Origin: an uncultured Planctomycetales bacterium | Lineage (GTDB): Bacteria; Omnitrophota; Gorgyraeia; Zapsychrales; Fredricksoniimonadaceae | Direction: 5' to 3' | NCBI GenBank assembly: GCA_964483785.1 | Contig: CAZACW010000007.1 | Location: 375 to 64,374, forward strand | Length of the DNA stretch: 64,000 nucleotides | Shown: positions 29,436 through 38,578 of the stretch, one piece after another | Layout: each line of letters begins with the position of its first letter | How positions within the stretch are numbered: the stretch's first letter is position 1 | Notes under the pieces: generated by a model | Databases searched by the model: none | Seen by the model: only the letters and a program-made list of their open reading frames with translations | Told to the model about the DNA's origin: nothing | Program-made: the position numbers and the translations under genes

Positions 29436-29987
29436 TTACCCTGAGATGACGTCCTGCAGGCGCTTATCATGCGCTTCGACGGGAAGGCGTTCGGTGATTT
29501 GAAAATCAAAGGCAAGGCCGACCGTGGCCACGCGCTCCGCAAGGGTGCTTAAAAAACGGTCGTAATAGCCCTCTCCGCGGCCCAGGCGGAAATGCCGCCT
29601 GTCAAAAGCCAGCCCCGGGACAATCACCGCGTCCAAATCCCGGACATCCAGCGTCCGGCGCGGGTCGTACGGGGGCTCGGCAATGCCGAGCGTGCGTTGG
29701 GAGAGGTCCTTCACGGATTCAATGAGCGTAGGGATTAATGTCCTTTGATTGCGTTCAACAACGGGTAAGCTTACCCGTTTTCCCGAAACAATGGCCTTTT
29801 CGATCATCTCCAGGGTATCCACCTCGTACGAGGTGGATGCGTAAAACAGAATGCTTTGCGCCTTTTGGATGGCCGGCAAATTCCACAGCTGCTCGGTAAT
29901 CCGCCGGCTTTTGCGCAAAGCCTCCTCTTTGTTCTGCTCCTTAAGAAGCTTTAAAAAATGCGCCCTTAAAGAGCCTTTATCCTTCAT
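29436..29987 (-). CDS. ygfA: 5-formyltetrahydrofolate cyclo-ligase
   Basis: IVPGLAFD...RLGRGEGYYDRFL. Confidence 0.93.
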   Translation of the reverse strand: MKDKGSLRAHFLKLLKEQNKEEALRKSRRITEQLWNLPAIQKAQSILFYASTSYEVDTLEMIEKAIVSGKRVSLPVVERNQRTLIPTLIESVKDLSQRTLGIAEPPYDPRRTLDVRDLDAVIVPGLAFDRRHFRLGRGEGYYDRFLSTLAERVATVGLAFDFQITERLPVEAHDKRLQDVISG

Positions 29988-30002
29988 GAATGGCGTATTT
30001 TA

Positions 30003-31316
30003 TCATTTTTTCTTCAGCTTGTCCATTCTCTCCTTGATCCTGGCCTCATAGCCCTGCTGGGTGGGCTCGTAATACCGGGCCTGGGAAGGCATGTATTCCT
30101 GCTGGACATAATGCTGGGGATAATCATGGGCATATTTGTAGCCTTCCCCGTGGCCGAGGCGGCCGGCGCCCTGATAATGGGCGTCTTTCAGGTGCGCGGG
30201 GACCTCCTGCGTCCGTTTTTCCTTGACGTCAGCCAGCGCGCGTTCAATGGCCTGATAAGAGGCGTTGGATTTAGGCGCGCAAGCCACATACACTGCGGCC
30301 TGGGACAGGATGATCCGCGCCTCCGGCAAGCCGATCATCTCCGACGCTTGAAAAGCGGCATTGGCCAACACAAGGGCCTGGGGATCGGCATTGCCCACGT
30401 CCTCCGCGGCGCAGATCACGATGCGCCGCGCGATAAAGCGCGGGTCTTCGCCGGCGTAGATCATCTTGGCCATCCAGTACAAGGCCGCGTCCGGGTCCGA
30501 GCCGCGCATGGATTTGATGAAGGCCGAGGCCGTGTCATAATGCGCATCGCCGTCCATGTCGTAATTGACTTGTTTTTTCTGGATAGACCCTTCTGCCGCT
30601 TCCAGCGTGATGACAATGCGGCCTTGCCTGTTCTTGAGGGTCGTCAAGGCCGCGACTTCCAGGGCATTGAGCGCCTTGCGGGCGTCCCCGTCGCTGATTT
30701 GCGACAAAAAAGCCAGGGCCGCCTCGTCCATGTCAATGGGCAGGGCCCCCAAGCCCCTTTCCTTGTCTGACAAGGCGCGGCGCAGCAGCACGGACAAATC
30801 CTGCGCGGACAAAGCTTTCAGTTCAAAGACCAGGGAGCGGGACAACAGCGGCGCCACCAAGGCGAAAAAAGGATTAAAGACCGTGGCGCCGATCAAAATG
30901 ATACTGCCCTCCTCGATGTCCGGCATCAGCACATCCTGCTGGGCCTTGTTGAAGCGGTGGATCTCATCGATAAAAAGGATGGTCTTGCGGCTAAAGGAGG
31001 CCCTGCGGTGCTGGGCCGCGGCGATGACCTTACGCATCTCATCGACGTTGGAGGCCACGGCGTTGATTTTTTCAAAATGCGCGCTGGTCTGCCGGGCGAT
31101 GCACAGGGCCAGGGTGGTCTTGCCGCTGCCCGGAGGCCCGTAGAGAATCAGCGACGAGATGCGGTCAGATTCGATGGCGCGCCTAAGCAGCTGGCCTTCG
31201 CCTAAAATGTGCTTTTGGCCCACGTACTCTGCAAGGCTCTGCGGCCGCAGGCGCGTGCTCAACGGCGCGTCGCTGCGGACCTGTGCCTCATCGGGAGAAA
31301 AAAGATCGGCGGACAT
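30003..31316 (-). CDS. rarA: Replication-associated recombination protein A
   Basis: GPPGSGKTT, DEIHRFNKAQQD, SAFIKSMRGSDPDAA. Confidence 0.96.
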   Translation of the reverse strand: MSADLFSPDEAQVRSDAPLSTRLRPQSLAEYVGQKHILGEGQLLRRAIESDRISSLILYGPPGSGKTTLALCIARQTSAHFEKINAVASNVDEMRKVIAAAQHRRASFSRKTILFIDEIHRFNKAQQDVLMPDIEEGSIILIGATVFNPFFALVAPLLSRSLVFELKALSAQDLSVLLRRALSDKERGLGALPIDMDEAALAFLSQISDGDARKALNALEVAALTTLKNRQGRIVITLEAAEGSIQKKQVNYDMDGDAHYDTASAFIKSMRGSDPDAALYWMAKMIYAGEDPRFIARRIVICAAEDVGNADPQALVLANAAFQASEMIGLPEARIILSQAAVYVACAPKSNASYQAIERALADVKEKRTQEVPAHLKDAHYQGAGRLGHGEGYKYAHDYPQHYVQQEYMPSQARYYEPTQQGYEARIKERMDKLKKK

Positions 31317-31321
31317 AGGAG

Positions 31322-31482
31322 AAAGCCCCGCCTCTGCCGTTGAATCTGGTGTAAATGAGAACCATTATTCTCAAGTGGGTGCCAGTGTGAGGCGGCCTAA
31401 GGCGCGCCAGCAGATGACCGGCTCCCGGTGTATTGTTTTGTGGTTCAATACATCCGAGATCCTATCGAACAGCGCAGGGTTT
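31322..31482 (-). ncRNA. ssrS: 6S RNA
   Basis: ~160-nt hairpin with pairing ends (AAACCCTGC/GCGGGGCTTT) and TGTTCG, TTGAACC, GGGAGC, CACCCAC, CGGCA segments; upstream of rarA-ygfA. Confidence 0.8.
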
Positions 31483-31544
31483 AAGGCTATTATATCACTA
31501 TTGAATTTTTATGCACGCAAAAGGTGCCCAAGGGGCATTCTCTT

Positions 31545-34103
31545 TTAAACCGGGCCTTGATGCTTAACGCCCAGAAAATTTTGAAGGTCTCCTAACGGCC
31601 GTATATTGATGATATCAAAATCAACGCCCTGAGATGACTGCCAAAGGGCCAGTTGGGCAGGGTCCATCTTTACCTGGATGGCCGCAGAGGCCTTGTCAAA
31701 GGCCATGACTTTGACGGGCCTCAAATCAATCCCGCCGTCGCGGCCGGTCATGGCGGCATTGACCATTTTCAAATAACCCGCCTCCACCCCTTCCATCACC
31801 TGGCGCTGTTTGGGGGCTTCGTTGTGCTCAATGCCTGAAAGGATGGTGATATTGACATCTTTTTTTAATTCTTCGAACTGCTTGCGCAGGGCGGGTGAAC
31901 TGTATTTCCCGGGGTTGTGATGGTCGTTTTCCACCAAATACAAATGATACCCGCCTAAGGCGGCCCTGAACCTGGCATTGTCCGCGACGATCATTTTTTG
32001 GATCTTGCCGTGGGGGTTCTGAGAATACGCCACGCGTTTATGCAAAAAAATGGTGCTGGGCACGACCACGTTGCGGACAAAATAGTACCTAAGCTGGTCC
32101 GCTTTCGCGGAGCCGCCCAACGGGGGCGCGATCTCATCGTAAAATAGGCCTTGGTATTTTCTGGTCTGGTGCGTCTGTAAAAAAGCAAGGCGAAACACCG
32201 TCGTCCCGTTGGAAAATGCAATGACATGATACGGCGCTTTAAGGCCATGGGCGGTCAAAAGCCCGTGCCTGGATAGAAAAAGCGCCAATTGTTCATCAAA
32301 TCTTTGGGAGGTGGTGAGGATATCGGCGAATTCATTGTATTCAAAAACGCCGATATTGTATTTGTCCTTCATGGCTTCAAACATGCCTCCAAAACTGCTG
32401 GTGGAACCTTCCAAAAGGCCCCTCACAAAAATTTTCAAAGGCTTGGACGGGTCATAAGCATCATTCAACAAATGGATGGTTTGGACATCCCGTAAAGCTT
32501 GGCGCACGGCATCGACGCGCTCGTCATGGGATTTGTGGGTCCCTGAGATTAAAACAGAGGACATCAGGCTGATGATCGGATGGATCACATACCCATGGGT
32601 GACCAAATCCTCGGCGATCTTTTTGCGCATGGCCTTAAACCATCCTGTATTGAAGCCCATGTATTTTCTTTGATATTGGTCTTCCCTGCCCAAGCTGATG
32701 GCTGTCCCCAAGGCGTTCATGAGCGGCTTCCATGTTTTGCGTTCTAAGGAAGGGACAAAGCCGATGCTTGGATCAAGGTCATTCCTGCGGACAAAGGCCT
32801 TCCATGCGTCTTTGACGCCGCCATATTGCGGCATAATGTGGTATTCGATCATACCCTTGGTCTCTTCTGTCAGCCATCGCACCGTGGCCCTGATTTTTTT
32901 TCGCTCGCCCTTGGTTTGGGCCTCGGCTCTTCTTAACTCTGCGGTGATCAGCTGGTCGTGCACATAGTCATCCGGACGAAAGTCTCCGGGTTTAAAATCC
33001 TCAACGGTGCGCATGGCCGCATCCACTTTAAGAGCAAACCCTCCCGAGAAATACTTGCGGGGCACAGCTTGCAGGGTGACTGGATCCGGCTCTTCCTTGA
33101 TATAGTTGTAAACACCTTTCTTGAAAGCCTGCAGGTACCGATGGTAAATAACCATCACAACCCCGGGGGTTGTGATGGTTATTCCTTGGATTTTGTTCTG
33201 GTTGGCATATACGGCAGTCAGTATGCTGTCCTTGATCTTCTTCTTGTACCAGGTGGCTAAAATCAGGCTGTTGTACACCTGTCTTAGCTTAGCAAAATTG
33301 GCTCCGGTATTGACTTCTTTCGTCAATTCAGGAATGACAATCTCACGGATCATTTGCGAGCCCAGCATATGAATATTGGAACCCCTCAAAATGGGGACAG
33401 TCCCTTGGGAAACAATGTTAACGGGACAGTCCCCATTTTGAAGGACCCCAACATCCCCGTGCTTGGCTTGCGATAAATAATCCTCTTCCAGCATAACCTT
33501 TAATGTTGACTCAACAACATACGCCGTTCCTGCTTTCGCGTTTTCATACACTACAGCCTTATCAGGCACAATCCAGACCTTGTTGAAGGTATTGACCGCT
33601 ATATCGGTTGTACCGAATCTCTTGGCCGCTTCAGCGTAGACCTTCTTCCAAAACTTCTTCCCTGTCTCCCCTTCCGGGTAAATCAAGCTGGCCGTGATTT
33701 GCTTGAGCATATAATCTTCAATAAGCAAATCGCGGCCCATCTCGGTCCGGCCGAAGGCCGGCGGGATGATCCTGTTTTGCTCATAAGGGCTTAGATTGAC
33801 CCAAAGGTCATCTTCAGGGATGGTCAGGCTTGCCAGGAAATATTTAATGAGCTTGGCAATGTCCTTGATTTCAGCGGGATTCCGGCCTGCGTTATTTAAA
33901 ATGAATTCCAAACGCAAGGGGTTGTCCGGATGGATCTTGATGCCTTTAAAGATGGGCGGATCAAATTCCGGGCTTAAGGCGATCCTTCGGCCGGGTTCTG
34001 GCAGCTGCAGGCAATTTTGCGCAAAAAGGGCCGGGTCCGAGGGACAAAGGAAGGAAATGGTTATGTTCAAAAAGATAAAAACTTTAATGAATTTATCATT
34101 CAT
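31545..34103 (-). CDS. Secreted protein: conserved N-terminal domain, alpha/beta-hydrolase-like cargo, GGIDL C-terminal domain
   Basis: Signal peptide; N-terminal ~355 aa paralogous to the giant ORF; DAAM...NAAM bracket a region with VIAFSNG and IAPPLGGS. Confidence 0.88.
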   Translation of the reverse strand: MNDKFIKVFIFLNITISFLCPSDPALFAQNCLQLPEPGRRIALSPEFDPPIFKGIKIHPDNPLRLEFILNNAGRNPAEIKDIAKLIKYFLASLTIPEDDLWVNLSPYEQNRIIPPAFGRTEMGRDLLIEDYMLKQITASLIYPEGETGKKFWKKVYAEAAKRFGTTDIAVNTFNKVWIVPDKAVVYENAKAGTAYVVESTLKVMLEEDYLSQAKHGDVGVLQNGDCPVNIVSQGTVPILRGSNIHMLGSQMIREIVIPELTKEVNTGANFAKLRQVYNSLILATWYKKKIKDSILTAVYANQNKIQGITITTPGVVMVIYHRYLQAFKKGVYNYIKEEPDPVTLQAVPRKYFSGGFALKVDAAMRTVEDFKPGDFRPDDYVHDQLITAELRRAEAQTKGERKKIRATVRWLTEETKGMIEYHIMPQYGGVKDAWKAFVRRNDLDPSIGFVPSLERKTWKPLMNALGTAISLGREDQYQRKYMGFNTGWFKAMRKKIAEDLVTHGYVIHPIISLMSSVLISGTHKSHDERVDAVRQALRDVQTIHLLNDAYDPSKPLKIFVRGLLEGSTSSFGGMFEAMKDKYNIGVFEYNEFADILTTSQRFDEQLALFLSRHGLLTAHGLKAPYHVIAFSNGTTVFRLAFLQTHQTRKYQGLFYDEIAPPLGGSAKADQLRYYFVRNVVVPSTIFLHKRVAYSQNPHGKIQKMIVADNARFRAALGGYHLYLVENDHHNPGKYSSPALRKQFEELKKDVNITILSGIEHNEAPKQRQVMEGVEAGYLKMVNAAMTGRDGGIDLRPVKVMAFDKASAAIQVKMDPAQLALWQSSQGVDFDIINIRPLGDLQNFLGVKHQGPV
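33151..33179. repeat. Family A palindrome, copy 4, in frame within a CDS
   Basis: ACCATCACAACCCCGGGGGTTGTGATGGT encodes TITTPGVVMV on the minus strand. Confidence 0.95.
33386..33441. repeat. GGGGACAG-type inverted repeat (family B-related), in frame within a CDS
   Basis: TCAAAATGGGGACAGTCCC...GGGACAGTCCCCATTTTGA encodes QNGDCP...GTVPIL. Confidence 0.85.
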
Positions 34104-34200
34104 AGATGGTTTTATCTTCTTAATACCAACGTATTATTTTAAAAATTTAATGTAGATATTGGGTTAAGAACAAATTAATTATTGGGTGGGATTTACGGAA

Positions 34201-36219
34201 TTACCGACGGGTGGCCTTGAGTTCGCGGGTGAGGGCATCGAGCAGGCGCGCGTGGACGGCCGCGGCCTCGTCTTCGCGCAGGGTCCTCTCTTGAGACTGG
34301 TATTGACAGGAAAATACAAAGGCTTTCTGGGAAGGCTGGACCTTCTCCCCCGCATACTGTTCGATCAAATGCACCGCGTTTAAGATCCCCTGGCCCTGGG
34401 CCCGGCAAATGTCTTCGACCTGTTTCCAGGCCGTGTCCTTGTCAACCGCCAGGGACACGTCGCGCACGATGGCCGGATATTCAGAAACCGGCTGGTATTT
34501 TTGGTGTTTGGCCGGCAAGGCCAGGACCCCGTCCAAATCAAGGCCCGCATAATAGATGTCCTGGTGCTTGATCTCCCAATCCCTCAAGACCTCAGGAGCG
34601 ACCTTGCCCAAAAGGCCTATGGGCGCACCCTTCATGATCACCGAGGCCGCGTATTCAAAGGTCGGCATGCTCAATGTTTCAAAAATAACTTCCGCGGACA
34701 AGGCCCCAAAAAGCCTCTCTACAATCCCTTTAAGATCATAGAAGTCCACATTTTCTTTTTTGTTCGAGCGCCAGTCCTGCCCGCGCCTCCCAGTCAACAA
34801 AATCCCTAACGCCTCCTGCTCCCCGTCGGGCAGATACCTTTTGCCCAGTTCAAAAAACCGAAGGTCTTTTTGGCCGCGGTTGATATTGGTCAAGGCCACC
34901 TGAAGCAGGGAAGGCAGAAGAATGGGCCGCATCAATTCCTGTTCCTGGCTTAAGGGATTAAATATCTTCAGGGCTTTGCGGTCTTGCTTCCTGATGCGGT
35001 CCAGGTCCTTGCCGCTGATCATCGAAAGGGTGATGGCCTCATCCAGGCCGCCTGCGGTCAGGACCCTGCGGATCGTGTCCTTGACCTGGCGCGGCCTTGA
35101 ATCATGCGGGATATTGATGGATTTGACCGTCGGTAATCGGCAAGGGATGCGGTCAAACCCGACCATGCGGGCGATCTCTTCAACCACATCCACGGCCTGC
35201 CGGATATCGGCGCGATGAGACGGCGCAGTCACGGTCAGGGTGCTGGAACCTGTTTTGACCTTAAACCCCAGACGGATAAGCCAGGCCTTGATCTTGGCCA
35301 AAGACAGGCTCATGCCGAGCAAAGATTCAATCTCTGCTGTCTTGATGGTCATGGGCCTGGCTGATCTTGCCTGCCTGGCCTTGATCTCCTGGCGGCCGCT
35401 GATCTTGCCGCCGGTCATTTGATGCAATAAATCGACGGCGCGCAAAGACGCGGCCAGGACCCCTTCCATATCCACCCTGCGCTCAAAGCGGTAGGAAGAA
35501 TCACTGCGCAGGCCGAGGCTCTGCGAGGCCCGGCGGATGAGGCCCATGTCAAAATGGGCGGATTCCAGCAAAATATTTTTCGTCTGGGGCGTGATCTGAG
35601 AATGCAAACCGCCCATGATCCCGGCAATGGCCACGGGTTTTTCCGCGTCCGCGATCACCAGGATGGAAGGATCCAGCACGCGTTCCACCCCGTCGAGGGT
35701 GATGAGGCGCTCCCCGGCCCTGGCCCGGCGCACCATGATCCTGCCGCCGGCCAAGGTATCGTAATCAAAGGCATGCAGGGGCTGGCCGCCTTCCATCATG
35801 ACGAAATTGGTGATGTCCACCGCATTATGGATGGATTTAAGGCCCACCGCGGATAGGTATTGCTTCATCTCAGACGGGGCCTCGGCGATGCAAAGGCCGG
35901 TAATCAAGACCGCGATGTAACGGCCGCAGTCCTTGGTATTCTCGATCTGCACCAGGTCTCGACGGGAGACGGTTTGATATGTTTTGATTTTGGGATAGCG
36001 GACCGCTTTGGACGTCATGGCCCCGATCTCCCTGGCCAAGCCCAAAATGGAAAGACAATCGGGCCGGTTAGGCGTGATCTCGATGTCCAGCACCGTGTCC
36101 TTACCCGCAGCTTCCAGCGCACCCACCTCAAAGCCGGCCATGGTCAGCCGGTCGATGAGTTTCTCCGTCGGCAGTTTGGGGTCAATGTACTCTTTGAGCC
36201 AATTTAAAGAAAGCTTCAT
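34201..36219 (-). CDS. pheT: Phenylalanine--tRNA ligase beta subunit (short form)
   Basis: MKLSLNWLKEY, ITPNRPDCLS, GQPLHAFD, C-terminal FDX-ACB domain. Confidence 0.96.
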   Translation of the reverse strand: MKLSLNWLKEYIDPKLPTEKLIDRLTMAGFEVGALEAAGKDTVLDIEITPNRPDCLSILGLAREIGAMTSKAVRYPKIKTYQTVSRRDLVQIENTKDCGRYIAVLITGLCIAEAPSEMKQYLSAVGLKSIHNAVDITNFVMMEGGQPLHAFDYDTLAGGRIMVRRARAGERLITLDGVERVLDPSILVIADAEKPVAIAGIMGGLHSQITPQTKNILLESAHFDMGLIRRASQSLGLRSDSSYRFERRVDMEGVLAASLRAVDLLHQMTGGKISGRQEIKARQARSARPMTIKTAEIESLLGMSLSLAKIKAWLIRLGFKVKTGSSTLTVTAPSHRADIRQAVDVVEEIARMVGFDRIPCRLPTVKSINIPHDSRPRQVKDTIRRVLTAGGLDEAITLSMISGKDLDRIRKQDRKALKIFNPLSQEQELMRPILLPSLLQVALTNINRGQKDLRFFELGKRYLPDGEQEALGILLTGRRGQDWRSNKKENVDFYDLKGIVERLFGALSAEVIFETLSMPTFEYAASVIMKGAPIGLLGKVAPEVLRDWEIKHQDIYYAGLDLDGVLALPAKHQKYQPVSEYPAIVRDVSLAVDKDTAWKQVEDICRAQGQGILNAVHLIEQYAGEKVQPSQKAFVFSCQYQSQERTLREDEAAAVHARLLDALTRELKATRR

Positions 36220-36221
36220 AA

Positions 36222-37235
36222 TTAAAATTGCTTCAAGAAACGCACATCATTTTCATAGAAAAGACGGATATCATTGATGCCGTATTTGAGCATGGCCATG
36301 CGCTCCACCCCCATGCCGAAGGCAAAGCCCTGGTAGCGTCCCTTGGGATAGCCGGCCGCTTCAAAGACCTTGGGGTTGACCATGCCGCAGCCTAAGATCT
36401 CCAGCCATTTTTTACGCTTGATCCCCAGAATTTCCGCGTTGATGTCCACCTCGGCCGACGGCTCCGTGAAGGGAAAAAAATGCGGGCGAAAGCGCATCGC
36501 GACCTTAGGTCCAAAAAAACGGCGGCAGAATTCCGTCAACAGGCCTTTAAGCCCGGAAAACTGCGCTTTTTCATCGACGAGCAGGCCCTCGATCTGATGA
36601 AACATGAAAGAATGGCTGGCATCCACGGCGTCCGGCCGGTACACGCGGCCAGGCACGATCACCGCCAGGGGCGGCTTGTGCTTTTTCATGATCCGCACCT
36701 GGCCCGGCGAGGTGTGGCTGCGCAAAAGCAGGCGCCGACCCTTGGCCGAAGGGTCCACAGCGTCCAGATAAAAGGTATCAAAGGCATCGCGGGAAGGATG
36801 GTCGACGGGGATGTTGAGCCCCGTAAAATTATGGAATTCCGTCTCGATTTCCGGGGTCTCGATGGTGACAAAACCCATCTGCTCAAAGACCGTGATGATC
36901 TCCTGCATGGTCTTAGTCAAAATATGCGTGCGGCCAAGCGGCCTGCCTGTGCCGGGCAGGGAGATGTCGACACATGCGGATTTGGTCTGGGAAGATTGGA
37001 GCGCGCCGGATTTCTCGGCCATCAGGCCCTCGACGAGGACTTTCAGGTCATTGGCGCCCTTGCCGATGGCGGCCTTTTCCGGGGGGGCGGCCTGGCCCAG
37101 TGAAGCGAAGATCTCAGCCACCAGGCCTTTCTTGCCTAAATATTTCAAACGAAAGGATTCCAGGGCCTGGGGGCTGTTGAGCGCCTTGGCCTCGCTCAGG
37201 GCCTGCTCATGGATGTCCTGGAAATTCCACTTCAT
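36222..37235 (-). CDS. pheS: Phenylalanine--tRNA ligase alpha subunit
   Basis: LLRSHTSP, FHQIEG, FFPFTEPS, GFAFGMGVER. Confidence 0.97.
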   Translation of the reverse strand: MKWNFQDIHEQALSEAKALNSPQALESFRLKYLGKKGLVAEIFASLGQAAPPEKAAIGKGANDLKVLVEGLMAEKSGALQSSQTKSACVDISLPGTGRPLGRTHILTKTMQEIITVFEQMGFVTIETPEIETEFHNFTGLNIPVDHPSRDAFDTFYLDAVDPSAKGRRLLLRSHTSPGQVRIMKKHKPPLAVIVPGRVYRPDAVDASHSFMFHQIEGLLVDEKAQFSGLKGLLTEFCRRFFGPKVAMRFRPHFFPFTEPSAEVDINAEILGIKRKKWLEILGCGMVNPKVFEAAGYPKGRYQGFAFGMGVERMAMLKYGINDIRLFYENDVRFLKQF

Positions 37236-37292
37236 ATTAACTCTCTGATAGGAGTTGGCGGACCCTCTCTTCGCTGCAGTCGAATGGTGGAT

Positions 37293-37724
37293 TTAATCTT
37301 TTTCCACGACTTTTGCTTTGCGTGCAGTTTTCTTGGCTTCCTTTTTAGCTTCGGCTTTAGGCTCTGCCGGGGCCTGGCCCTGCCGGGCTTTGTCGACGAG
37401 CTGGGCAAAGACCTCAGGCTCCCTGACCGCCAAGTCCGCCAGCACCTTGCGGTCCAGCGTGATCTTGGCCTCTTTGAGGCCCTTGACAAAACGGCTGTAA
37501 TTGAGGCCCGACTCGCGGCAGGCTGCGTTGAGCCGGATGATCCACAGGCTGCGGTATTCGCCCTTTTTCTTTTTACGGTCGAAATACGCGTATTGGCGGG
37601 AGGCGATCAGGGACTTGATGGCCTCTTTGTAGCGCTTGCTGCGGTCGCCAAACTGGCCCTTGGCTTCCTTGAGCACGCGCTTCTTGCGCGCGTGGGCGTA
37701 GACATTGCTTTTAATGCGTACCAT
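37293..37724 (-). CDS. rplT: 50S ribosomal protein L20
   Basis: [14 protein letters not shown]...[10 protein letters not shown]. Confidence 0.96.
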   Translation of the reverse strand: MVRIKSNVYAHARKKRVLKEAKGQFGDRSKRYKEAIKSLIASRQYAYFDRKKKKGEYRSLWIIRLNAACRESGLNYSRFVKGLKEAKITLDRKVLADLAVREPEVFAQLVDKARQGQAPAEPKAEAKKEAKKTARKAKVVEKD

Positions 37725-37923
37725 ACGGCAACACCTTCCTGATGCGCTTGGCGTCCGTCGCTGATACGTAGCCGCTGTGGCGCAACTGTCGTTTATGTTT
37801 GCGTGATTTTTTGCCCAAAATGTGCTGGCGGCCGGCGTTGCGTTTCTTCAACAGCCCGCTCTTGGTCATGCGCAGGCGCTTGGCCGCCGCTTTTTTGGTC
37901 TTTAGCTTTCTTTTTTTAGCCAT
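37711..37923 (-). CDS. rpmI: 50S ribosomal protein L35
   Basis: [11 protein letters not shown]...HILGKKSRK. Confidence 0.95.
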   Translation of the reverse strand: MAKKRKLKTKKAAAKRLRMTKSGLLKKRNAGRQHILGKKSRKHKRQLRHSGYVSATDAKRIRKVLPYGTH

Positions 37924-37995
37924 AGGTGATCCTTCATCCTCGTTGGTCCGTCCCGCGCCCGGCGGCTTGGGAGGACGCCGGGCCTTGGTTGGGCG

Positions 37996-38511
37996 TCATT
38001 TTTCCGATTTGGGGGACAAGACCATCGACACGATGCGGCCCTCGGCCACGGGCGCTTTCTCGACGGTGGCGTACTGGGCGGTGGCGGCCACCACCTTTTC
38101 CAAGACCGCCTTCCACTGCTCGCGGAAACTCATTTCCCGGCCCTGGAACATCATGTTGATCTTGACCTTGTCCTTCTTGCTCAAAAACGCGATGGCCTGG
38201 CGCATCTTGGTCTCCAGGTCATGGTCGTCGATGTGCGGCTTGATGCGGATCTGCTTCAAGTGCGTCACATGCTGGTGCTTCTTGACCTTGCGTTCTTTTT
38301 TCTGCTGATCGTATTTATATTTGCTGAAGTCGATAATCCGGCACACCGGCGGGGCCGCGGTCGGGGCCACCTCGATGAGGTCCAGGCCGTATTCCGAGGC
38401 CAGCTCCAGGGCCCGGCCGATGTTGACCACGCCCAGCTGTTCGGAATTGGGGCCGATCACCCTGACTTCCTTGGAACGGATTTGATTGTTGATCCTGATG
38501 TTCTTTAAAAT
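37996..38511 (-). CDS. infC: Translation initiation factor IF-3 (ATT start)
   Basis: GGGAGG RBS 7 nt before in-frame ATT at 38511; RINNQIRSKEVRVI...PPVCRIID. Confidence 0.94.
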   Translation of the reverse strand: MLKNIRINNQIRSKEVRVIGPNSEQLGVVNIGRALELASEYGLDLIEVAPTAAPPVCRIIDFSKYKYDQQKKERKVKKHQHVTHLKQIRIKPHIDDHDLETKMRQAIAFLSKKDKVKINMMFQGREMSFREQWKAVLEKVVAATAQYATVEKAPVAEGRIVSMVLSPKSEK

Positions 38512-38578
38512 AAATAATCCTCCCGGATGATGGTTGGCCTTGCGGCTTTGTTAAAGAGTTTATTATTATCCCTTAATT

